Shown: positions 31,090 through 47,243 of the stretch, piece after piece
How the letters are laid out: each line of letters opens with the position of its first letter
Position numbering within the stretch: the stretch's first letter is position 1
Assembly: GCF_009914755.1 (NCBI RefSeq)
Contig: NC_060939.1
Direction: 5' to 3' (one strand)
DNA: 64,000 nucleotides
From: the human T2T-CHM13v2.0 reference genome, Homo sapiens
Position numbers and translations under genes: made by a program
Notes under the pieces: generated by a model
Told to the model about the DNA's origin: nothing
The model's database searches: none
Seen by the model: only the letters and a program-made list of their open reading frames with translations

Positions 31090-32480
31090 AGGCAGTGAAT
31101 CCACAAATGCTGACCCTACTGTGTGCCAGGCATGGGGCATAAAACAGAAAACGACATACTGGGTCCTCCCCTCATGGAGCCGTGGCCTGGAGAGGGAAGG
31201 TGGGTTTGTTAAACAGATGGCTGCCTATGGTTAATTACATCACCACAGAGTGCCGAGTGTGGTGAAGGAGGAGAGGGTGCCATGGGGTCACATGACAGGT
31301 GAGGGGCTGGCCAGGTCACAGACGGCTTCTCTAAGTGGTGAGGCTGGACGTGGAGAGGGTGTCAGATGGACACCTGGGGAGGAGAGTTGAGGGTGAAAGC
31401 CCGTGTCTGGGTCCCATGGCAGGAGCAGGCATGGGGAGAGAAGTCTGGCCAGGCTGAAATAAAGGGTGCAAGGCCCAGGGCAGGAGCTGAGCATGAGGGC
31501 AGATCCCTGGTTATGCTCCTCAAATGCCAGGCTGGGAAAACATGCTGAGGAGTTAATCTACATCTTCAGAGCAACGTGAAGTCCCTGAAGAGTTTCAAGC
31601 AGAGGATGAGGCTGACGTGTTTTAGATGCCGCTCCAACTGCTGTGTGAGGTGTGCAGTGGAAGGTGCCAGGGCAGAACCTGCTTAGCTGATAAACACAGG
31701 GGAGCTTACTTGCAACCCCCACAGCCTGATGCCCAGTACCACCCCCGCCCTGCAGATGAGGAAACGGGGCCTCACGCTGTGGAGGCACAGGCCCACGCTC
31801 AAACAGAGCTCGGCAGCAGAGAAGCTGGGGTAGGGCCCAGGTGGCCTGACTCCAGGCCACAGGACTCATTCTCTGTGGTGAGGGGGCTGCTGTTGAGACC
31901 CCAGGGAGAGATGAAGCTGGGGACGGGGGAAGGTGGTTGGGATGCAGAGAAGGAGCTGTGGCTTTGAGGTAGGCATTGATGACAGAGAGAGGTCAGGGAT
32001 GGCTCCTAGTCTCTGGCCTGGGCATCTGGGAAGAGCAGAGACTTGGAGTAGAGAGAACAGGGCAGCCTTCTCATTACAGACATGAGGGGCGTGGGGTGTC
32101 CAGAGAGGGATGAAATAAACCACCTGGAGCTGAGAGATGAGGTGGGGCTGCTGATGCTGTGCAGGCCCCACTGTGCAAAGATGGGCACAGAGCCTGTGGG
32201 CCTGGGTGGTGAAACCACAGCACCGGGGCCCCAGACAGAGGGAGGGTCAGGGGCGAGGCCCGGGCCACTGGGGACTCCAGTGGCAGTGACTGGGAAGAGA
32301 AGCCAGCAAATGGGGGCAGGGGACTAGCCAGAGGGGCAGGAGCAACACCGCGAGAGTGCGGTCCTGGAGAACGAGTGAGCAGCCAGGAAGGGCGTGGTGA
32401 CTGTCAAATGCCTACTGGAGCAGCACGGAGGGCACAGGGCCTCAGCCAGGAGCCACAGGCCCCAGTGACACTGGAGACGG
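31090..32480. mobile_element. L2 fragments
   Basis: CCCTACTGTGTGCCAGGC...CCCTCATGGAGC and other diverged L2 3' motifs; boundaries approximate. Confidence 0.55.
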
Positions 32481-32539
32481 GGAAGGTGGGAACAGAAAAA
32501 AAGACATGTGGAGGGGCCAGGCCAGGGAGCTGAAACTCA

Positions 32540-33016
<477 letters not shown>

Positions 33017-34596
33017 CTAACTTTCTCAGTGGCTGGGCCCAGGGCTCCCTAACCTTGCTGTTGGCTGAAAGCCTTGGGTGAGAAGCAGCCTGTGCTGCCA
33101 GCGAGTCCTCCTCTTGTGCCTTCCTCTTGCAATGGGGGCAGAGATCAGACTGGAAGCCCCAGTAAAGGTACGGGAGCCAGCGTGGCCCAGCCCCCATGGG
33201 GCAGCTTGGAGCCTCCTGGCTGGGTAGCAAAGGCCCCAGGCTGAGCCACCGTGCTGTCCTTCCCTTGCTAAAACAGCTCCACCCCCCAACCCCCTAAACA
33301 GCTGCCAAGTGAAGCCCATTTCCCCACTGACCTCAATTATAAAACCAGATATGCTTCCCTTGGGGGGACAAGCTCTGGCGGACTGAGCCGAAAAACACTG
33401 TCCTCATTTTGGATGAGCAAAAGTTAAAGCTGTGAGCTAACGGGCCTCCTGCATGAACCCTGCCCGCCTCTGCTAGGGCTGCGGCCACCAGTTCTCCTCC
33501 CACTACCCCCAAGGCAGACTCTCCGGAACACACAAGGCGTGGGGACAGGAGGAGGGAAGCTCTTGGCTATTTTTGTCTACAAAGCCAGTCGGTGTCTCAA
33601 GGAAGGCTCAGCGTGGGAACACTGGGATCGGAAGGGCCATCTCTTGAATTTAGTGCATGTGTGGGCCTGCCACCCTCACATAGAGAGGACACTGCCCCAG
33701 ATGAGGGCCCATTGAACCTGACGAATGCCAGCACTGGCCACCTCCCTGGTGTCTTTCTGCTCACAGGGCAGATGCATGAGCCACAGTGCAGAAACCTACC
33801 CAGGCCCACAGAGCACCTGCCAGAGGCCCAGCCCCCAGGGGAAGGCGCAGGAGCCCGTGAGCTTCGAGCCATATTCAAGGTCAGCCAGACTGCCCTGAAC
33901 AGAGCTGAGCTGGCTCCTTGGGTCTGATGGCTCAGTCTAGACTGGAGTGGGGACCAGGAGGGCTCATCCCCAGGGGTGGAAGAGACTTGGGTTCCCAGCC
34001 TTGGGGAACAGGGGTAGGCCCCCAGCGGCCTTTACTGCTGAGCCTCTGGGAACAGGGAATTCAATCCATATGGCTGATTCATTTACACTTAGCTCATCAA
34101 AAGGCTGTTTTGTAAAGGCCTGTTTGATGCTGAAAGATGCCTCAGGGTCTCTTTCACCTCTTTCAAAGCCAATTTTTCCTCCCCTGGGGCCCTGGGAATT
34201 TGCCTTCAGACCAAACCAAACTGACTGGGAGGAAGCCTGGGAGAGGCAGGGGTTCCCCAGAGACACAGAAAGGCTCACAGATCCAGGGTGTCTTCTGTCC
34301 TGCCTGGAACCCACCTCATCCACAGGGGGATTGGAAACTCTGCCCTATGGCTTCCGAGGCCCCAAGTTCAACTTCTCTCACCCACCCTGACCCACTTGCA
34401 AGGTTGGAGGGATAGGGTGGGGTCAGGCTTCATCCTGCCTGCCCTCCCTATCGGGACTCCACCTCGGATCAGGATATGTTGGGGGGTGGGGGCAGCCCAG
34501 CTCTGCTGTTGGAGTAGAAAGTGACCACATATGACCTGGGAGTCTGCGTGGGCTGCAAATAGTACCCTTGAAGGCATCTGTTTTCTTGGGCTCAGC

Positions 34597-34880
34597 TTTT
34601 TGTTTTTTATTTTTATTTATTTATTCCTTTTGAGACAGGATCTTGCTCTGTCACCCAGGCTGAAGTACAAGCGAGCTCAAGGGATCCCCCTGTACAGCCG
34701 GGACACATGTGCTTGCCACCACACCAGCTAGTTTTTTAAAAATAAATTTTATTTATTTGTTGAAGTCAGGGGTCTCCCTATGCCGCTCAGGCTGGTTTAC
34801 AATTCCTGGGCTGAAGGGATCCCCCTGCCTCGGCCTCCTAAAGCACTGGGATTACTGGTATGAGCCACTGCACCCAGCCT
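34597..34880 (-). mobile_element. Old Alu (AluJ-like) with internal deletions
   Basis: TSD GGCTCAGCTTTT on both sides. Confidence 0.82.
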
Positions 34881-35211
34881 CAGGCTCAGCTTTTAAGGAC
34901 TTGGCTTCTAAGGGGCAGAGGCAGGAGGCCAGGAGCTGCCAGCCCAGCATTGCCATGCCTGGGGGAGGCCGCCCAGGTCTTAGTCTCCCTGGGTAAAATC
35001 AAGATGAAATACTGAGGCTCCCAGTTGCAATGGAGGCTGTGAGAAGATGGAGGTACCAGCTCCCAACCCAGAGCTGTGAATGGATCCCTGGACTGGCAGC
35101 AAGCGATTGGGCCTGTACTGGGTAGAGCTATGTGCCCCCTCAGCCCCAGGCAGCACTCAGGGTCCTACATGCTGGAACTCAGAAGTTCCAAGTCCACATC
35201 TCGCCACCCTA

Positions 35212-35592
<381 letters not shown>

Positions 35593-37968
35593 CTAGGTCT
35601 TGGAAGAGGAAGACTGTAGGCTGCAGGGTCCCAGAGGGACATATCCTGGCATCTATACAGATGGGGGGTCTTCCTGAAAGGTCTAGCCATCCAGGACATG
35701 TGGAAGGACACCTGGAGCCCCATGCAGCCCAGAAGTGGGCAGAGAAGCCACTTTCTCAGCTTTCCTGGGGTGTGAGGATACCAGGGAGAAAAGCCTGCCA
35801 GCCTGAGGCTCCTCAGGGAACCAAAAGTCTACAGACATGCCAGGGGCGTGTTTCCCTAAATCTATCACTAAATTCTCAAGACTCACACACGGTAGCCACG
35901 GAACTGCAGAGGAAGCGGCACAGGCTCACAGGCCCCAAGTTCAGGCAGACCTTGATCCCAAGCCCAGGTCCTACCCAGTTCCTAGCTGTGTAACCTTGAA
36001 CCTCTCTGATCATGTTTTCTCATCTGGAAAATGGTGATAAAAATTCTTATCTGAGTGGGCTGTCAAAAGGACTAAATTATACATATAAAGTGCTTAGTAA
36101 TGGGTAGAGGAGTGTTCAATAAATTACAAACCATTATTAATTGATAAGCTGTTATTAATAATTAATCTTCCTGATTGGTTAATACGTATTTGGGGTAATG
36201 TTCTCCTTTACAGCACCCTTGACCCCAGCCCACTGGCACCAGCCCCTCTCTACTCCTGCAGCTCGGAGTGGGGGGCTGCAGTGTAGCTGGACAGGGCCAA
36301 GGTGGGCATATCCCAGCCCCTCCTCCTCCCAAAGCTGCCATGCTGGGGTCCCCTTGCTGACAGGGCAGTGGGGGATGGAGAGGTGGAGGCAAGTCTAGAG
36401 GAAAGTCTCTGGAAGCTCTGGCCTTGCTTCTGTGGCCTGGGAGACTTTGAAGTGGGTCTAGCCACCCAGCCCCCATTCTCATCCCTCCATACTATTCCCA
36501 GGCAAAGACACCCCTCTTGGAGGGGGGCTTGGGTCAAATGCCACAGAGACCTAGTTTAAGCCCATTTCAGATGTGGAAACTAGGCCCAAACAGACAGAGC
36601 CTAGATATGTCAGCCCCTGTCTACTGGTCTTCCAGCTACAGCCCTGTAGCTAGTGGCAAGCTGTTCTGATACTAGTGACCGAAGATGAGTACTTTTTGTC
36701 CACAGCTCATCACCTGCAGTCACCCCCACCTGTGGCCCCCATCAAGGGCATGACCCTGAAGGTTCCAGCTACAAAGCTGGGAGTCTTTCCAGGATGAAGT
36801 GGACAGCGAAAGGTTCATGGGGTCCGGTAGCTTAAGCTTGCCCCATCATTTCCCTGTGGCCCTGGTGACAGAGGGGACAATAGTGCCACACCTGACTGTG
36901 GACATGAAATTCCACAGCCATCCTCTATTTAAACTCACAAAAATCCTTTGCTGAAGATATTGTTCATCTGTTTTATACCAAGGCTCAGAGAAGTACAGGA
37001 ACTTGCCCAAGATCACGGTGGCAGTGGAAAGGCCAGATGTTGTAGCCAGGTCTGCCTGATTCTGAGGCCTGTAGCCACCATATTAGATTGTTAGATTGAC
37101 CTAGTGAGGAAAGGGTAGCTCTCAGCAGTTCCATTTTGTGGATAAAACAACTCAAACCCAAAGTGGCTGAATGAGGTGCCCAGATTCACACAGCAAGCTG
37201 GGTCCTAGGCCAGGTGGGAATTGCCAGCTTCTCGCCTCCCCAGCCCCTGCACACAGTGTGATGGTGTAGACGGTGCTGTGTGCCCTGCAGCCCAGTACCA
37301 CTGGGGCACAGACCAGCTCTGGGGCTGTCAGCGTTTGAGCTCCTGGCTAAGCTGACACTGCTCAGCATCTGCCATGGCCTGGAAGGAATGGTGGGCCCTG
37401 GAGAGCAGGCCGGTCTGTGGCTGGGCTGGGGCCTGGGTCTGGGACACAGAGCAGATCTGATTATGAATTTGGGGTCTCTGGTCCATTTTCTGTGGCTGGT
37501 CATGTTCAGGCACCTGTATCCTAAGACCGTGAGGCTCTCCCCAGCAGGTCCCTGAGCACCAGAGCCCCCAGCACCAGCCGGGGGGAAGATCCCACTTTTG
37601 CCTCCTTAATTAACACTTAGGTGAATGTGACATGTCTATGACCCTGGGCAAATCCTAACCTTTCTATGTCTTGGTTGACCAGGATGCCACTAGCTCCCCA
37701 GCTCACCCAACCCCCTGGTGTCTGAGCTAAGACACCAGGGGTTTGGGGAGGGCGAGTGACACAGCACCATTCACGGTCTCAGAGCCGGCCATCCTCCACA
37801 CCTGCCTCCCCACCACCACAACTCAGCCTCCCCCTCAAACAAGCTAGACATCTGCCCCCTGTTTTACAAGATTGCTTGTGAATTAAACTAGCTAGCAAAG
37901 TGCTCTCTGCACACCCGTCATAGACGCAAGGGTGGGGCCATTATTATTAAGCTCCTTCTCTTCCCAGC

Positions 37969-38331
37969 TGCTAGGGACTGCACCTTTGTGTCCCTCCCAA
38001 ATTCCTACGTTGAATTCCTAACCCTCGAGGTGATGGCATTTGGAAATGAGGCCTTCGGAAGGTCATCAGGTCATGAAGTTGGCACCCTCATGAGTGGGAT
38101 GAGTGCCCTTATAAAAAGAGACCAGACAGAGACGATCTCTTTGTCCTGTGAGGGCACAGGGAGAAGGCGGCCGTCTACAAGTCAGAAAAAAAAAAGGCCT
38201 TACCAGAAGCCCCCGTGCTGGCACTCTCAACCCAGACTGCCAGCCTCCAGAGCTGTGGGAAGTAGTGTTTGTTATTTCAGCGCCCCCAGCCTCTGTTGTT
38301 TATGTTGTCACAGCCTGAGCTGACTGAGACA
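37969..38331 (+). mobile_element. MaLR solo LTR (MLT1A-like)
   Basis: TG...GCTGACTGAGACA; 5-bp TSD CCAGC/CCAAC. Confidence 0.82.
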
Positions 38332-39769
38332 CCAACCTTCAGAACCCAGCCCTCTGCCACAGACAGGAAAGCTGCGCAGGAGGCCAAGGGTACTGGAGGC
38401 ACAGACGGGGGCCCGTGGGGGCAGGACAGCAGCCTCCCCGAGGCACATGGCTGAGTGCTGAGCTGGGGTAATGAGGCAGGCCTGCCCCAGGGTTGGAGAG
38501 TCCAGGACAAGGGGCAGATCAGGTTCCACAAGCCACAGATTTGGATATTTAAAGTCGTAACTCCAGCCAACAAACTGTTAAAGAAAATATATTCTATTCT
38601 CCTACCTTGACAGAAGGCACCATCGTAATGCCCTGGAGGGCCAGACTTGAAATGAGAACTCTTAGAAAACCACACCAGAGCACAGCCCACCTCCCTTCTC
38701 TTCCCTGACTGTGCCCCCCAGCAGAGGACCCTGGCCCACAGCCAAGCCACATCCATGCCACTCCTGCGAACAGCCACTTGTAAGTGGGTCAAGGGGTGGG
38801 CACAGAGGCAGAATGGTCCCCTCAGGACATCCTGGGAACGGCCCTGCACAGGCCTTGACAGCAAGCTTAGAGGTGTCTGTGCCAGGAATGCTGGGTACCC
38901 AAGTGTGGTCAAGAAAGAGTTGCAAAGAGCCCCCAGACTCCTCACTGTGGGGAGAGGAGCCCTCCGGAGTGGGGGCCAGTGGGGCCCTTCTTTCCTGGGT
39001 CTCGGGGCAGTACCCTTAGAAAGACCCAAATGTCTATGCCATGTCCCCTGGAAGTCAGCCTGTGTCAGTGCCCAAGAAAGCCCCCCTCCCTATGGGGGTC
39101 AGGGAGGAAAGTCTTGCCCTTGCTTGCCCAGAGCTCATAGTCTGGCTGGGGAAGGAAGCCGCACCCAGGAAAGGGACTTGGGAACATGTATATAGAAACC
39201 CAGCAACAGAGGAAGGCAAGCAGGGCACAATGGGGAGGTGAGTAGAGAGGCTGGTCCAGGCTCTGAGCACCCCCAGCCCAGATGCTGCTGTGGGGCTGGA
39301 CAGCACGGCTGGTAGCAGAGCCCACAGCCACAAGCATGCCGTTCTCCTCCCACCCCTGGCTTGTCAAGGCAGCAGGAATTCTGCTGAAAGTTTCTTTAGT
39401 TGAGGAGGGTATCAAAGTCTAGGGCATCTCTGGAAGCACCCTGAGTGGGGTCTCCCTGGCTAAAGGGCTCCCCAGGATGCAACTGTGTTGCCGCCATCAC
39501 AAGGGGCTGTGGAGACCGGCAATGCTCCTCCTCTGATGAAGGCAACCTTCCCTGTGCTCCTCTTTCAAGCCCTGGGATACCCCCAGTTCCTTGCTTCTGT
39601 CATGCCTAAGACACACAGGTGGACTCAGAGTAACACAAATTGGCTCGTATGTCCAGCTGTCTCGGTCTATCTCTACGTGGACACATCCAAAACCTGTTTC
39701 CATCTCACAATTGGTGTCGCTGTTCGTGAGGCTGAGCAACAAAAACCCACCAGCCAGCCGTGAGTGAGT

Positions 39770-40530
39770 CTCTCATCCCTCCCCACATCCCATCAATCCA
39801 GGTGGTTTTGGCTCTACTGCCTAAGTGGACATCTCAAAGCCATTTACTTCCCTCCAATCCCAATATGACCCCAATCTAAACACCCGCAAGATGACAGCCC
39901 CAACCTCTTGATGAGGCTCCCCGCCCCTCCAAGCCACTCTCAACCAAGCAGCTAGAAAGACCTCTTGGAGACATAAATCAGACCATGTCACTCTCTTACC
40001 ATAAACCTTCCAATGACTTCCCACTGCACCCATGAATACACTCCAAATGCCAACTGTGGCCCTCGGCATCTCGGCTCCCAACTACCGGCCTCCCTGACTC
40101 TGCCCAAAGCCATCTCTGGCCACAGCGGCCTTCCTTCATGTCCTTGAATGCCCCAGGCCAGTTCGTGCTTGCCCCAGGCCCTCAGTACTGGGCTTGCTCT
40201 TCCATCTGCCTGCGTGCTGCCTCCAGCTCCTTCTTGTCATCCTGTCTTGGCTCAAAAGCCACTTCCATGGAAAGGAAGGACACTGGATCCCTGTGTGTGA
40301 CACAGCCAAGGGCTCTCCCTTCCCATTCTCACTGTGACTCTTTGCCCTGATGAATTTCCTTCCTGGAGTTCTCACTATCTGAAATGACATTCACTGACTT
40401 GCGTGCTGCTGCACGAGGCAGGGCTCCTCTCTACTTCTCACTTCTGTGTTCCTCCATGCTTAGCACAAGCAGGCATCAAAAATATCTGCTGATTGCCTGA
40501 ATAAATGCGCGTACATCTAAATGAATGAGT
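39770..40530. mobile_element. L2 fragment
   Basis: AAATCAGACCATGTCACTCTC...AAACCTTCCAATGACTTCCC...GAATAAATG L2 3' end pattern. Confidence 0.6.
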
Positions 40531-43500
40531 GGGTACCATATGGGAGCTCAAGGAAGCCTCCGGGCATGGCTAGAAAGAGTCCCAGACTGTCACAGGCCAC
40601 AGTAACTGCTCCTTTGGACAGATCACGCTGGGCCTTAAAGACAGAGCATCGAAGGTGGCATGTTTTCCTGCAATGACCTCCTTTCCTTCTGTATCGCCTT
40701 TATCTTTTCATTACTCCTTTTCTTCTAAGATCAGGTCCTTGTCTAATTGTGCCTTTATCGTGATCTCAGCAATGAACACGGCACAGAGCATGTGGTAAGG
40801 TTTCAGGAACTGAGAAGGGCTTCGTGATGAAGGTGAAGGCAATGGTGACAGTGACGAGAATGGTGGTCAGCAGGGCTCCTGCTAGTGTAGACAGTGGAAG
40901 AACAAAAAGGTACCCGCTCTGGGCAGATGCAGCCCACAGGGAACCTACCCTTGTCCCTGTGGGAAGAACCAAGGTGCCTTCTCCTGCAGGGGACACAGAC
41001 TTCCGTGTCCTACTGAGAGCATGGTGGTGGTGAAGCCTGGAACTGCGGTGAGGAGGACTGTGGGCACTGGGGTGGTGGGTGCAGGTGGCAGGGCTGGAGA
41101 GGTGTGTTTCAGGTGGTTTTTAGACACCACAAAGCTGGAGCGCCAACAACGCACAGTCTGAGCTGCCTGGGAAGAGCTGGTGGGGGCACATCCATTCAGG
41201 TTAGGGGGTGCCCTAGATTTGAGGACACTCACCTCACCTGCACCACTCTCCAGCACCTGGGAAGTGGTTGCCGAGAACAAGGCTGGACGTTGCTGGGAGA
41301 GGCTGCTAAACACTGGTGTGTCCCCACTGTTGGCTGGGGCCACAGGCCACCGGAGAGTCAGTTGCACCAGGCAAATATTTGCCTTGCTCTTTATATTTCA
41401 TTAGAACTCCCTCTTACGATGTTGGTTCTGACTGCAGGGGTTGAGCACCTTCATTTCCAGGCCACTACAAGCCTTGCCCGTCAGGCGGTCCAGGCAGCTC
41501 ACTCTGCCACACATGGAACTTGGGGAAGCCCTGCTCTCACTCCTTCTGCAGTTTCTCAACTGCAGTGCAAGGACAGAGCCACTGCCTTTTCCACCCCGAG
41601 CCTCAGTTTCCTCATCTGTGGAATGGGTAATTGCCAGATCTCAGGGCTATCATGGGGGTCAGGTGAGATCATATCCACCACTAGCACATGGTAGGCACTC
41701 AGGACATGTTGGTTCCTTTCCTTCCCTCTCTTTCCCAGCCCTCCCAACAAAGAGTTGATTTCTCAGTCCCAAGGAGAGGCCAGAAATTGGAGGTCTGGCT
41801 GCTGCTGTTTCCACCAAGGCCTCTTCCTGGGGCCTGATTGAATCCTCTCCTGTGGATTCATTTTCTCCTCATGGAAGAACAACTTCCACCTGTGTCTCAA
41901 GAACAAGTGTCTGCGTTGAAGACAGCAACCCCAGGCCTGGCAGAACAGGCTGCTGCATATGCATGCTGGGTGCAGTTTGAAGGCAGCTGCACTGAGGGTC
42001 ATGCCGGGTCCCATCCTGGGTGCAGGAGACAGGGCCAGTACCCACGCCCCAGGACCTCTCCTTGTGTCATCTCCACTTCTCGCAGATGCCAAGCACCTGA
42101 TTCTGAGATGAGGCAATCAAGGTCTACAGGATGAGGGGACTCATCAGAGGCCACACAGCAGCCCCAGCTGGCCTTCTGCCTCCAGCCCCTCTTTGGCCAC
42201 TTCAGGCTGCCAAGGGAGAGGAGAGACTTCTGGGATGGGTCACTGGAGTGCTGAGCCTTGCAGGGTAACGTCCAAAGAAGGGTAACCATGGTTTCTAACA
42301 ATAGCCTCCATGCCTGGAACAAGCTCACACCTCGGAGGGAGGGAGGAGGCATGGCTGGAGAGGCTCGGGAGGGAGTCTGCTGACCCAGATCGCCCAGGAT
42401 GGAGGCAAGAGGCTTGCATCCTCCAAGATGGTGGCCCACCTGCGCTGACTCACAAGACTGCCTGACTGCCACCAACACTTAGGAGATCTCCTGGGGGCCT
42501 GGTCTGGGCCCGGCTGGGGGAGGCAGTAGAAGCCTGGGGTCAGGAGTCTAGCTTCTTGCAGTGCCAGGCAGCCTGGGGCAAGCTTTCCCCAGTCTGTGGG
42601 AGGCAAGCTCCCTAGCCCCAACCGAGGGCATCCTCCTTCACGTTCCGTGAGCTACAACAAGGTCTTCAGAATCAGCTAACATAAACCTTGCCAAGGCAGA
42701 TGGGAGCTGGGGACTGGGCCCCAGGGAGCCACAGCTTCAGAGAACATCATTATGTGCCTCACAAGTGGGGAAACTGAGGCCCAAAGGAGGAAAGAGACTC
42801 ATAGAGGGACTTGAAAGAGGAGATTAGGGCAGGGTTTTCTGTACTAAATACTCTCCTCAGCTCTCATGTGGACCTAGGGCTCCAAAGGGTCTTTCTGCTG
42901 CTGCCTCTGGGCCAAGCAGAGGTGGGAGAAGCCCCCGGGCTGGAGTGGCCTGCTATGGTCCTGGAGACAGGGTTCCTGGGGCCAGCTGGGAAACCCCAGT
43001 CCAATCTCAGGGGTCCAGTGAGAGCCCTAGGCTGGCCAGTGTGCCCGGCAGAAACTAGCTCAAAGCAATTTTCTTCCCAGCTGGTAGGAGAGATAAAGGT
43101 TTGTGTGTGGAAGGGTGAGAGTCATCCATCTGGCCTCCTGGGATCTTCTTCCTCCCCACGAGATGGGGCGGCACGTCTAGTTCAGAGGCCTGACTCAAGG
43201 CCTCCTGGGGCCTCTGCCTCCCCCAGAGAAAGGCCAGGACCAGCGCCTGACCAGTTCTGGGTGCCCAAGAGGGTGGCCTGGCCAGGGTGGCAGTGGGGAC
43301 AGGAGCCCTGGGCCTGAGCTCCCAGGATGCATAATGTGGGGACGTGAAAGACAAGCTTAGCTCCAACCCACGACTCACCCTGTCCAGCCACTGGCATCTC
43401 TGCCAACTCCTACAAAAGACCACAGCCCTCAGGCCCTGGAGGAGTAAGGTCAGCCCCTGGGAGGCTGAGGCCTGGAGACACGAATGGATGCTGGAGGAGG

Positions 43501-44201
43501 GAAAGAGCTGGCGTGTCTCTGCTTTTCATGGCAGTCTAGCTGTGGGTCCAAGACATGCAGAAGGTTGGGGGTTTCTCAGGGTCTGAGGGAGCCAACCTGG
43601 TCCTACATTTCCACCTGCGACGGAAACCAGGAGACAAGTGTGTCAGAGCATGAGGGGAAACACGCCTCCATCTTTCCTTCACAGCCCCTCAGAGTGGACC
43701 CAGCCGCACCCTCCAGAGTCACTGTCCCCTCTCAGCCCTCAGCTCAGACCACCTGCCACATCTCTGCACATCTCTGTCTCACAGGCACCTCCAACTCAAC
43801 CTGTTGCACAGATCTCCTCCCCTGCCACTGCCCTCCCACTCTCTGCCAACAGTCGTCCTAGTCCTTTGATCCCAGCGCCCACCCAGGCCAGCACAGGTGG
43901 GTGCCCGGCAAGCACTTGCTGGACTGAATGAAGTCCAGTCCCCCATGGAGGGGCCCCAGCCATGAAAGGAAACAATCGTAGAATCAAAGTCATTCCCTTT
44001 CCATCTGAGAAGGCGGGAAGTGCATGGAACAGGAAGACAGGAGGCCTAGGCCAAAAGCCCTACCACTGGGGCGGCTGGCCTTTCTGATCTTCAGTTTCCT
44101 CACTTGACACATGAGGATCATAAATCTTGCCCTGTTTCTCTTGACAGCTAAGTATGGGGAACCAAGGAAATGTTACTAAGACAACTTGGTGGGGAGGGAG
44201 G

Positions 44202-44204
<3 letters not shown>

Positions 44205-44239
<35 letters not shown>

Positions 44240-44574
44240 AATATATATATATTATAAATATAAATAACATCTATTTATTTATTTTTTTGAGACGGAGTTT
44301 CACTCTTGTTGCCCAGGCTGGAGTACAGTGGTGCGATCTTGGCTCACTCTGCAACCTCTGCCTCCTGGGTTCAAGCAATTCTCTTATTTCAGCCTCCCGA
44401 GTAGCTGGGATTACAGGCGCCCACCACCACGCCTGGCTAATTTTTTGTATTTTTAGTAGAGACGGGGTTTCACCACGTTGGCCAGGCTGGTTTTGAACTC
44501 CTGGCCTCAAGCAATCCACCCATCTCGGCCTCCCAAAGTGCTAGGATTACAGGCGTGAGCCACCGCGCCCGGCC
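44205..44574 (-). mobile_element. Alu (AluS-like) with (GT)n/(AT)n microsatellite at its tail
   Basis: Full dimer ~44280-44574; (GT)n 44205-44236. Confidence 0.9.
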
Positions 44575-45440
44575 AGGAGGGACACATATTAAACAGTTCT
44601 TCTGCACCAGGCTTCATGCTAAGGCTTTATAAACATCAGGTACAACTTATACCTATTTTGCAGATAAAGAGACTGAGGCACAGAGAGGCAAAGTGGACCC
44701 AAAGCTACATGCTAGGCAGTGTGGAGCCGGGATTTTAACTTGGGTCTTAAATGCGCCATTCCACTACACCGGGGTGGGACAGCCCACACTATGTGCTGGG
44801 GGCCAAGAGGGCTAGCTGGATTCTGTCCCAGTTCTACCAGAGGTCTAACTGCATGACCTTGGGAGAGTCACGGCCCCTCTCTGTCAGCATAAGTAATGTG
44901 AATTTTCCAAGCCAAAGAGAATTTCTGCCATGGAGGGACGCTGCCAAACTGGTGCACACACTTCTCCTATGGCACATGCGTTCATGACGCCTCTGACCAT
45001 CAGCCATAGGTGCTGCCAGTCGAGGCCCAGGCTGCTGCTGGGGGTGAGCATGGGGGGCTTCATGTCCTGAACATGGGAACTTCTGCCAGGCAAGCAGGGG
45101 GTCCTGGAGGCTGGGAAGTCAGCCACGCGGCACAGGGATGGAGCGGGAAATGGCCCTCCATGGAAGCTTGTCCCGCCCACAGGTGGCAGGGATCCAAGGT
45201 GGGCTGTCTCACAGAGAGAGTAGGCCCTCCAGGCTGGCCTGCCTGCCGCTGCTGCCAAGTTGTGTAACTTGGGTGGGTGGCAGACACAGACCGAAGCACT
45301 TGGCAAGGTCAGCTGCTCTTCCTCCCAGCAAAGCCCTTAGCTCCTCTGCTGCAGATGACTGCTTCAGCCCATGGATGAGTGAGGTTTGTTCACAATGCAG
45401 TTGGTCCGCCCAGTTCTTTTTCAATGTTTTATTTTCCTCC

Positions 45441-45895
45441 TGTAGCCAGTGTTCACAGCCCCTAGGATCCCTTTACAGTTTCTGAGCACAAGACTCCAAC
45501 TTGCCCGCGTGATTTCACTCTCTACAGCCAGCGGCCGCACCTTTTGTCAGAGGCCTGCCCGGGCTGCTGGAAACTGCTTTGGCTGTGAGTGCTGAGGGCT
45601 GGCAGTGCCTTGAACCAATGACTGACAGGTAAGGGGATATAAACATTCCAACTCCCTTGCCCTGACTGGGACAACTCCAAGGTGTGGCGCACACTATCCT
45701 CAGATCCCATAGGGCTGAGGCAAACAGCCATCCACAGGACACCCTCCAATGTCCAACCATTGCTTGGCTTCCTGCCTTTCCCTGTCCCTCTCCCCAGTCC
45801 CCTTACCAGATTTTCCTGGGAATGCATCCCCAAAACATCCCTTTCATGCAAATCTTTGTCTCAGGTTCTGCTCAGGAAGAACCCAAACTAAGAGA
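45441..45895 (+). mobile_element. ERVL LTR (LTR16-like)
   Basis: TGTAGCC start; TTGTCTCAGGTTCTGCT...GAACCCAAACTAAGA end typical of LTR16. Confidence 0.65.
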
Positions 45896-46439
45896 GTTGC
45901 CAACAAAATTTGTATAAAAATCCAGATTTCCATTTCTCATAATGCTATAGATCTAGCAACCCTGGGCCCATTCCCACTTGACAAAAATTAGCTGGAGCTG
46001 CATAGAGGCCACCCAATATAACGGAGATGTTCTCTAGTTCTTCTCATCCACCACACTGTCTACTGTCCCCCAACTGGCCCTTTTCACCCATCCCTATTCC
46101 CTGCCTGTCCCCAACAAGTTTATGGGTTTACAAACCCTACAACATAACGCAGTGGTTAATAATGTGGGCTCTAGAGGTGATCGGCTTAAGTTCACATTCC
46201 AGGTTCACAAATTACTAATCATGCAACCTTGTATAAGTCACTTAATATTTCTGTCTGTTTCTTCAGGTGAAAAATGAGTATATACATGTACCTATATGGT
46301 TCCCTCTATAGCTGTTACACACTTCATTGAGATACTGCATGTAAAGTATCCAGCACATGATAAGAGGTCAAGAACTTACTAGTATTTGTCCTCTTGGAGC
46401 AGGTGTGCCTGCCACAATCTGACAGCCTATGTTCAATTA

Positions 46440-47243
<804 letters not shown>
